A DNA stretch of 64,000 nt. Source: Acidimicrobiales bacterium (GTDB lineage: Bacteria > Actinomycetota > Acidimicrobiia > Acidimicrobiales > CATQHL01). The notes under the pieces were generated by a model. The model saw nothing but the letters and a program-made list of their open reading frames with translations. It ran no database searches and was not told the origin of the DNA. The stretch spans positions 1,775,451-1,839,450 of the forward strand of contig OZ242194.1 in assembly GCA_965206165.1 (NCBI GenBank), written 5' to 3'. The position numbers were made by a program, and so were the translations under genes. Shown piece by piece: positions 39,605-46,126 of this stretch (its first letter is position 1; each line of letters opens with the position of its first letter).

Positions 39605-40351
39605 TTATGTGTAGAGAGGTGTCGGCATCTCGTCGTAACGCTTGCCGTCGAGGTCGCGTCCTCTCGCCTTGGGGGTTCGCCCTCCCCATTGCTTGAAGAA
39701 GAAGGCCACGCCGGCCGGTCCGCACTGGTCTCGGAGGTCGCGGACCCAGACTTCCTCCATGGAACGGGCGCCGGGGCCGCTCTCGCCGCCGGCGATCAGC
39801 CAGTCGATGTCGGTGAGGTCGAGATCGGAGAGTGGTCCCAGTAGCGGCTCGGCGCTGACGAAGCGGACCTTGGCGCCGACTCGGCGGAGGTGGTCGACGC
39901 GGAACGCGTAGCGCTCGGTCTCGACGCTCACGCCCATCCAGACGTTGCCGGGCCAGTCCAAATCGCCGGAGAGGTTGAGCAACCTGCGGGAGCGTTTGGT
40001 GAGGATCTGGTAGGTGTGCTGCGGCGTACCGGCCATCACCTCGAACACCTGCCGGATGAAGTCGAGCGGCACGTCGGGGTGGAAGAGGTCGCTCATCGAG
40101 TTGACGAACACCAGCCGCGGTGAGCGCCACGTGTGGGGGATGGCCAGGGTGTCGGGGTGGAGCGTCAGGGCGAAGCCGGGGCCGCTGGTGCGGGGGTCGC
40201 CGTCGTTGCGGTACTTGGGCTGGCCCATGGCCTTGAGCCGCTTGGCGAGCGCGAGCGCATAGCAGTTGTCGCAGCCCGGCGACGTGCGGTCGCAACCCGT
40301 GGTCGGATTCCACGTCGTCTCGGTCCACTCGATGCCCGAACGGTCTGCCAC
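39605..40351 (-). CDS. Phage Gp37/Gp68 (DUF5131) family three-Cys-motif protein
   Basis: The GTG at 40351 follows AAGGAAGAGGA. Motifs: SGIEWTETTWNPTTGCDRTSPGCDNCYA (three-Cys motif), SMSDLFH, ILTKR, SAEPLLGP and IAGGESGPGAR. Confidence 0.85.
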   Translation of the reverse strand: MADRSGIEWTETTWNPTTGCDRTSPGCDNCYALALAKRLKAMGQPKYRNDGDPRTSGPGFALTLHPDTLAIPHTWRSPRLVFVNSMSDLFHPDVPLDFIRQVFEVMAGTPQHTYQILTKRSRRLLNLSGDLDWPGNVWMGVSVETERYAFRVDHLRRVGAKVRFVSAEPLLGPLSDLDLTDIDWLIAGGESGPGARSMEEVWVRDLRDQCGPAGVAFFFKQWGGRTPKARGRDLDGKRYDEMPTPLYT

Positions 40352-40872
40352 AGTCCTCTTCCTTACTCGACTGCCCACGGCCCCGATCCTAGGAACGGGG
40401 TGTGTCAGCCTTGCCGAGCGTCGGCCCCCGGGCCAATCGAGGCGACCGGCCGCGATCCCGCCGCAGCGGCCGCCCAGTCGGGTCCAACTGCCGGACGGTG
40501 ACCGATTGCCACCCGGCTTCGGGGGCGCGCAGTTCGCACAGTTCCAACTGTTCGATGTGTGCGGTGTTAGAGCGTTCGCTGAGCCGCCGCCGGCGCCTGA
40601 TCCGCGCGCACAGCACATGACGGTGCCCGGAGTCACCACCGCGTCGTCCAGCGGTGTCGAGCCCAAAGTTCACAGCCGCCGTCCCGTCACCAACCGCCGT
40701 CTCGGCCGCCCCGGCGCGAACCGCCTCGAAGCTCCGCCCGGCGTGGTCGTTGCTTCTCGGCCGGCCCTAGCCCACCGGTGGGGTCTGCGACGTTCCCTGG
40801 TCGGGGGCAGGCGGCGGCGGCAGGTCCAGTCTCGCCCCTCCCAGCCCTGGCCCCTTCGGCGGGGGTCCTATC

Positions 40873-41622
40873 TCACTGATCGGCGTCGTCGCGACGATGA
40901 CCCCGTAGTCTTCCGGCCTCGGTTCTACGCGCTCGAATGGCCATGCCAATGCCTTCTTGATCTGTTCCCACATCGGTTTCCGTCCTCTCGTCTGCGTGAA
41001 TGAACTCGAGGTACTCGATGTCCTCCCAGCGGAGGAGAACACCGATGTCATCGTGCGCCGCTGCCTGCCAGTCACCTCGCAGTTCGCCCGTTCGAGGGTC
41101 GACATCGATGGTAGCGGCCAGGTACAGGTCCTGCGGTTCGGGGTAGCGCGCCACTACGGACTGCCGACCGTTTACTTCGGCGAACGCGCCCCCGAGCCAA
41201 GTGCCCGATTTCAGCCGACATCGCACCCATCCCCTGCGCCGGTGTTGGAACAGGTGATCCCACGCGCGCGGCGCGCTGCCGATCCCGGAGAGAGCACGCG
41301 TCCACCTGCGGCCTTCCCTGATCCCGCGGCCAAGGATCGTGCCCGCCGTGGTGGGCACGGCCACGTAGGCAAGGGGCACGACCGCCATCCATCTCGGCAG
41401 GGGTTGCCCCGCCACGAACGCGCTCCAGTGGTTGCCGTACAGCCAATACAGCGGCGTAGAGAACAGGGCGAAGAAGACTGCCGAACCGCCGACGAACCGA
41501 AGAATCCGGTCCTTGCGTTGAATGCCGTACTGGCCGGCCAGCCGCTCAAAGGCCCAGGCGGACAGCGCTCCGGGGAGGAAGGCCACGCCGAGCACGGCGG
41601 TTGCCTGGAAGATCGATGACAC
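40873..41622 (-). CDS. Hypothetical membrane protein, tentatively DUF6338-like
   Basis: The N-terminal half has 3-4 hydrophobic helices. The C-terminal half has the pattern PRAWDHLF...VRCRLKSGTWLGG...YPEPQDLYL. The start GTG 41622 (GAAGGGA upstream) or ATG 41700 is uncertain, and the family assignment is from memory only. Confidence 0.55.
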   Translation of the reverse strand: MSSIFQATAVLGVAFLPGALSAWAFERLAGQYGIQRKDRILRFVGGSAVFFALFSTPLYWLYGNHWSAFVAGQPLPRWMAVVPLAYVAVPTTAGTILGRGIREGRRWTRALSGIGSAPRAWDHLFQHRRRGWVRCRLKSGTWLGGAFAEVNGRQSVVARYPEPQDLYLAATIDVDPRTGELRGDWQAAAHDDIGVLLRWEDIEYLEFIHADERTETDVGTDQEGIGMAIRARRTEAGRLRGHRRDDADQ

Positions 41623-41771
41623 CGACTGTCCCTTCGCCTCGTCTCGTCCTGTCCGGGGAAGCCAGGGGAAGCGGTTGCCACTTGGAATCGACCGCAGCAT
41701 ATGGGCCGGACCGATCGGCCACAGCGGGCAGACCGACGCGGGCACGCCGATAGGAGCGTCGTGCCCGGTGC

Positions 41772-41972
41772 TTGAGGCTTCTGACAGTCCCCTACGAGGC
41801 GAAGTTCACTCCCACGGGCGGCGGATACGTCATCGAGTCTGCAGTCGTCACCGGTGACCAAGACACATACAGTCGCTCTTCGGATGAGGACGAGTCACAG
41901 TTTCTCGAGGAGCTCATCGCCGGTTTCCTGCTGGTCCGGCGGGGTGAGTTGCCCTTGGAGGCTGCTGAGTAA
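41772..41972 (+). pseudogene. Fragment homologous to the N-terminal domain of the macro-domain protein at 43800..44747
   Basis: The fragment reads ...FTPTGGGYVIESAVVTGDQDTYSRSSDEDESQFLEELIAGFLL. The full-length gene reads [43 protein letters not shown]. The fragment lacks both the upstream part and the macro domain. Confidence 0.55.
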
Positions 41973-42572
41973 TTCGCCAGGTTCCCTCGGGTGCGTCGAC
42001 GTTCCCGTACTCGTTGTCTCCCCAGCATTGAATGGTGTTGTCGGTGCGCAGCGCGTACGAGTGCGGCCTGCCGGCGATCGCTCAGAGATCGTCTTCGTGC
42101 TCGGCTCCGAACGCCTCCAGGGCGGCCCGAAATGTGGCGCGGGGGACGAGCGTGGCGTCGCCCCTTTCCTCCAGTTCCTCGGCGTAGCGGAGTATGGCGT
42201 CCGATGCGGCGGCCCGGGCGGGCGGCGCGCTGCGGCGCGGCGCAGGATCGGCGGCATCCTGATGTGCGCGGGCTCGTCGGCATCGGGTTCGGCCATGATC
42301 CGACTATCGAGCCCGGCGCCGGCCGGCCGTCGGGCGCTCATGTCGTTTGCGCAATCGTCCTCGTCGATGAAAGCGTCCTCGTCCCCGTACGCATACATGG
42401 CATCGCGTAGCGTGCTATGTGATATCAGCGAAACGTCGCGCTTTACCTCAAGCTCGTCGGCGAGGCAGAGCACGGCATCGCGTTGCGGACCGAGTCGCAT
42501 GCGGTTCGCCGCGCGTCGCAGGATCGGCGGCATCTCGATGTGCGCGGGTTCGGTCAAGTCAGGTGCCGTCAC
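41895..42572 (-). CDS. Hypothetical ORF made of two tandem paralogous modules, the second frameshifted
   Basis: The GTG at 42572 follows GAAGGAG. Module 1 reads VTAPDLTEPAHIEMPPILRRAANRMRLGPQRDAVLCLADELEVKRD... Module 2, from ATG 42295, reads MAEPDADEPAHIRMPPILRRAAARR... Its homologous continuation (ASDAILRYAEELEERGD...EHEDDL, stop about 42082) lies in another frame. Confidence 0.4.
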   Translation of the reverse strand: MTAPDLTEPAHIEMPPILRRAANRMRLGPQRDAVLCLADELEVKRDVSLISHSTLRDAMYAYGDEDAFIDEDDCANDMSARRPAGAGLDSRIMAEPDADEPAHIRMPPILRRAAARRPPGPPHRTPYSATPRNWRKGATPRSSPAPHFGPPWRRSEPSTKTISERSPAGRTRTRCAPTTPFNAGETTSTGTSTHPREPGELLSSLQGQLTPPDQQETGDELLEKL

Positions 42573-42701
42573 GTTGCGACTCCTTCATCGGCATCCAGAA
42601 TATCGAGCACGGCGCCTAGTGCCAGAGACATCGGAACGTGGCTCGGCTCTCCAGACCGAGACCCTGCGCCAACCGGCGGCACTGCCCGCCCCGATTGCCG
42701 G

Positions 42702-42890
42702 CTAGCGGAATCGAGTCGTGCGCATCCGATCGAGGTCGCCTTCCCAACCCGAGCCTCGCATGGCACGGGCCTCCTCGAGGCTCATCGGCTCGTTGGCCAG
42801 CGTCCGAAGGGCCAGATTGACCGCCTCGCGTTTAGGGATAACCCGCATCGATATAACAGTGAACGGATTCTGGCAGTCTGCCTGCGGCAT
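42702..42890 (-). CDS. VapB-family antitoxin-like small protein without an intact toxin partner
   Basis: The C-terminal signature KREAVNLALRTL...MRGSGWEGDLDRMR resembles actinobacterial VapB antitoxins. The N-terminus is atypical. Only a 20-codon ORF follows downstream before the next gene. Confidence 0.5.
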   Translation of the reverse strand: MPQADCQNPFTVISMRVIPKREAVNLALRTLANEPMSLEEARAMRGSGWEGDLDRMRTTRFR

Positions 42891-42917
42891 CGGCCGGAGT
42901 CGGTCGGCCAGGGTGGG

Positions 42918-43181
42918 TCAGCCCGGTCGGTAGACCTCTCGGCGGTGCTGGACTCGGTGGATCAGGACGACCTCATCGACTTCGAGGATCTCGTAGATGA
43001 TGCGGTAGTCGCCGCGGCGGGCGGACCGAAGACCGTCGAGTTCGCCGACGAGTGGCTTCCCGAGCCGCTGAGGATTCTCGGCGATCGGCCCGAAGATGGT
43101 CTCCAGAGCGGCGTGCCGCACCTTTTCGGGCAGCCGGTTGAAATGGCGGAGACCTTCGGGCGTGATCTCGACTTCGTACAC
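42918..43181 (-). CDS. RelE/ParE-family type II toxin
   Basis: 87 aa. ...LDGLRSARRGDYRIIYEI..DEVVLIHRVQHRREVY is typical of RelE/StbE. It lies 10 nt downstream of a Phd/YefM gene. Confidence 0.85.
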   Translation of the reverse strand: MYEVEITPEGLRHFNRLPEKVRHAALETIFGPIAENPQRLGKPLVGELDGLRSARRGDYRIIYEILEVDEVVLIHRVQHRREVYRPG

Positions 43182-43190
43182 CCGGTCTTC

Positions 43191-43454
43191 TCAGACCTGA
43201 TCGCGCAAGCGCAGCAGCTTTCCCTCGGAGGCTTCTCGGCGCGACTTCCGCAGCGACTCCATGAGCGCGTCGTCTTGGAGTATGTCGAGGGATTCCTCCA
43301 GGGACTCGAGATCGTCGGGACTCACGAGCACGAACGAGGGTCGACCGTTGCGGGTCACCAGGATGCGGTCGTGCTGGCGCTCCACCCGGTCGGCGAGTTC
43401 GGATAGATGGGCCTTGACCTCCGAGAACGGGAGTGTGTCGCTCACAGGCACCAA
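43191..43454 (-). CDS. Phd/YefM-family antitoxin
   Basis: 87 aa. ...FSEVKAHLSELADRVERQHDRILVTRNGRPSFVLVSPDDLESLEESLDIL is a classical Phd/YefM pattern. Confidence 0.85.
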   Translation of the reverse strand: MVPVSDTLPFSEVKAHLSELADRVERQHDRILVTRNGRPSFVLVSPDDLESLEESLDILQDDALMESLRKSRREASEGKLLRLRDQV

Positions 43455-43504
43455 TATAGGTCAGAATCTTGACTTATCTCCGCGACCACCGGGGCGGAGG
43501 GGAG

Positions 43505-43728
43505 GGCCGGTTCCATCGGTCGGTGCACGGATCCGGTCATGATGACCGGTGTTTTGAGTGACACCGACCGATGGAGGTACCAGCATGCCTGGCGCTGCGC
43601 CGGGGTTCCGGTTGCACGAACGTGAGCACATCTTTCGCGCGCAGGCCGAGGATGTGGCGGGGAACAAGTCGGCCGCCGAGACGGTGTTCTGCAGGTCTGG
43701 ACGGGTACCCACAGTGACTATTGACTAG
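43505..43728 (+). mobile_element. Solo left-end remnant of a third, more diverged IS30-family element
   Basis: GGCCGGTTCCATCGGTCGGTGCACGGATCCGGTCATGATGACCGG matches the IRL regions of copies A and B. The ATG at 43585 opens a 47-codon stub (MPGAAPGFRLHEREHIFRA...) that ends at TAG 43726. Confidence 0.7.
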
Positions 43729-43799
43729 CTTGCGGTGTTGGACCGGGCCGCGCTGCGTCTCGTCGTGGTCACGCGCGTGCGGCACCTATCGTTGGCGAC

Positions 43800-44747
43800 G
43801 TGACTGCGCGTCGAGGCGACTGGGAGGCCCACCCGCTCACGCACCCGGAGTCGATCCCTTCGCCCACCCGGATCTGGACCTCCGCAGAGATGGACCACAT
43901 CCGAGAGGGCTACATCCCCAGCATGATGGAGGAGAAGTGGTTCATCTTCATGGAGGGGAATCGCTTGTTAGCGCATCGCAGTTGGACAGGACTGGGTGTC
44001 TATGCGGCGAGGTTCGCCCCGGTCGACGGTGGGTACGTCATCAGCTCCGCGGTCGTCACCGGTGACAGGTCCGAATACAAGCGCTCTTCGGATCAGGACG
44101 AATCACTGATTCTCGAAGTGCTCATCGCCGGTCACCTACTGGGTCAATCGCTCTCAGAGTCACAGCTGGCCGACAAGAGCCCGCATCTTCGCTGGGAACT
44201 GGCCGTACCCAACATTCCGAAGGAGATGTTCTTACCGCACGTTGTCGAGATGGAGCGCCCGGAGCCGAACCTCTACCTGGGCGACATCACCGAGCTGGAC
44301 GTCGACGCAATCGTGAATGCGGCTAACTCCACCCTTCTCGGAGGCGGTGGGGTCGACGGGTCCATCCATCGGGCCGCCGGCCCCGAACTCCTCGAGTACT
44401 GCCGCGCCCTGGGGGGCTGCGACACCGGGCAGGCCAAGATCACGCCGGGTTTCAACCTCGCATCCCGGTGGGTGATCCACACCGTCGGACCCGTCTGGCG
44501 CGGTGGCACCCACGGTGAGCCGGAGCTTCTCGCCTCCTGCTACCGGGAGTCACTGGCCCGCGCCGACGAGGTCGGGGCCGAGACCGTCGCCATTCCGGCG
44601 ATCTCGACGGGGGTCTACGGGTACCCGATCGCAGCGGCCGCCGCCATCGCCGTCGAGACCGTTCGTTCCACGCCCACGGACGTGTCCGACGTCATCTTCG
44701 TCGCCTTCAACCAGGAAACCTTCGACGCCTACTCCGCCCTCGGCTGA
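43800..44747 (+). CDS. Macro-domain (MacroD/YmdB-type ADP-ribose-binding/hydrolase) protein with an uncharacterised N-terminal domain of about 130 aa
   Basis: The C-terminal half carries [34 protein letters not shown] and [14 protein letters not shown] did not recognise the N-terminal half. The start is GTG. Confidence 0.85.
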   Translation: MTARRGDWEAHPLTHPESIPSPTRIWTSAEMDHIREGYIPSMMEEKWFIFMEGNRLLAHRSWTGLGVYAARFAPVDGGYVISSAVVTGDRSEYKRSSDQDESLILEVLIAGHLLGQSLSESQLADKSPHLRWELAVPNIPKEMFLPHVVEMERPEPNLYLGDITELDVDAIVNAANSTLLGGGGVDGSIHRAAGPELLEYCRALGGCDTGQAKITPGFNLASRWVIHTVGPVWRGGTHGEPELLASCYRESLARADEVGAETVAIPAISTGVYGYPIAAAAAIAVETVRSTPTDVSDVIFVAFNQETFDAYSALG

Positions 44748-44847
44748 GTTCGATACGTTGGGTTCCCATGGGAATCCACGCTGTGAATCCTCCACTGAAA
44801 AGGACCTCCGCGCCTTCTCTCGCCGCTCACGGACAAGGCCGTCGCTC

Positions 44848-45381
44848 GTGACCACGGAACCGACGTTCCCGGTTGCTCCTGAGCTGGCGATCAGCCGTTG
44901 GTTCAACACCGACGACATCCCGACTCTGGCCGACCTCAGAGGCGAGGTCGTCGTACTGGAGGCGTTTCAGATGCTCTGTCCGGGCTGCGTCTCCCACGGG
45001 CTGCCCCAGGCCCAGCGCATCCAGCAGATGTTCGGCGACGAGCTGACCGTGCTCGGGCTGCACTGCGTGTTCGAGCACCACGAAGCCATGACCCCGGTCT
45101 CGCTCGAAGCGTTCCTGTACGAGTACCGCATCAGCTTCCCCGTGGGCGTTGATGCCCATGGGCCCGGAGTCACCACGCCGATCACGATGGGCCGGTACCA
45201 GCTGCGGGGCACACCGAGCCTCGTGGTCATCGACCGGGCCGGGCGCATCCGTGTCCACGCCTTCGGTCAGGCGGACGACCTCCTGGTCGGCGCCACTCTG
45301 GCCCGCCTCATCGACGAACCCCACCCCCAGCCGGCTGACGACTGCGACCCCGACATCGGCTGCCCCGCCCCAACCCGGTAA
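44848..45381 (+). CDS. Thioredoxin-fold redoxin (TlpA/AhpC-TSA-like)
   Basis: The GTG at 44848 is in frame. The motif LEAFQMLCPGCVSHG contains CxxC. ...GTPSLVVIDRAGRI is typical of TlpA-like proteins. Confidence 0.7.
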   Translation: MTTEPTFPVAPELAISRWFNTDDIPTLADLRGEVVVLEAFQMLCPGCVSHGLPQAQRIQQMFGDELTVLGLHCVFEHHEAMTPVSLEAFLYEYRISFPVGVDAHGPGVTTPITMGRYQLRGTPSLVVIDRAGRIRVHAFGQADDLLVGATLARLIDEPHPQPADDCDPDIGCPAPTR

Positions 45382-45468
45382 CTCCACACCTGGGAGAGTG
45401 CCGAGCAATCGACGGCGGGCGTGGTTCGAACCCCAGCGTGTTCGGGAGTGAGATGTTATGATGCGCAT

Positions 45469-45705
45469 ATGCGCACCACAGTGTCGATCGATGATGAGGT
45501 CTACGAGCAAGCCCGGCGGATCGCATTCGAATCGCGCCGGACGCTCGGCGAGGTGATCAACGAACTGCTCGCGGAGGGACTCAAGGTCGTTGCCCCAGCA
45601 CCGGCGCGTCGCCGTCTCGGGCAGCTGCGAGGCACCATCAGGATCGCCGACGACTTCGACGACACGCCTCGCGAAGTGCTGGACTCGCTCGACGCCGCGC
45701 TCTGA
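45469..45705 (+). CDS. vapB: VapB-type (ribbon-helix-helix) antitoxin
   Basis: The product begins MRTTVSIDDEVYEQARRIAFESRRTLGEVINELL. The stop overlaps the vapC ATG (ATGA). Confidence 0.8.
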   Translation: MRTTVSIDDEVYEQARRIAFESRRTLGEVINELLAEGLKVVAPAPARRRLGQLRGTIRIADDFDDTPREVLDSLDAAL

Positions 45706-46085
45706 TGGCGCGACTCCTGCTCGACACCCACGTTCTGCTCTGGGCCAACGAGGCGCCGGAACGGCTCTCCGCCGAAGCAGTCGCCGCGCTGGAGGACCCG
45801 GCCAATGACCTGCTGGTGTCGTCGGTCTCGGTCGCCGAGATCGAGATCAAGCGACGGCTCGGCAAGCTGGCCACGGAGCACAGTTGCCGGACACTCGGAT
45901 CACAACTCGGCGCGATCTGGCTCGACCTGACTGCTGCTCACGCCATGGGGCTGCGCACGCTCCCCAATCTTCATGCCGATCCGTTCGACCGGCTCCTCAT
46001 CGCGCAGGCGCTGGCTGAGGAGTGCACACTCGTTACCGCCGACAAGACGGTGCTCGCCTACCCGCTGCTGACGCTCACCGCGTAA
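45705..46085 (+). CDS. vapC: PIN-domain ribonuclease toxin VapC
   Basis: LLLDTHVLLW, SVAEIEIK, and DPFDRLLIAQA...LVTAD supply the PIN acidic residues. Confidence 0.88.
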   Translation: MARLLLDTHVLLWANEAPERLSAEAVAALEDPANDLLVSSVSVAEIEIKRRLGKLATEHSCRTLGSQLGAIWLDLTAAHAMGLRTLPNLHADPFDRLLIAQALAEECTLVTADKTVLAYPLLTLTA

Positions 46086-46126
46086 CGAACCGTTGGCCGG
46101 CGCCGGCGCCGGCGCCCGGCCGCCAC

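Noticed and set aside
40352-40872. An apparently gene-free gap of about 0.5 kb between the DUF6338-like gene and the Gp37/Gp68 gene. Several overlapping ORFs occur here (for example 40389..40673 minus and 40266..41003 plus).
   Set aside because: None of the translations shows a recognisable motif, and they overlap one another. The gap may be a decayed gene or a long 5' region, and I cannot support a call.
40767-40973. A 68-codon ORF (MWEQIKKALAWPFERVEPRPEDYGVIV...) overlapping the 3' end of the DUF6338-like gene in another frame.
   Set aside because: There is no family recognition and no clear SD. It overlaps a longer candidate CDS and could be real, but the evidence is insufficient.
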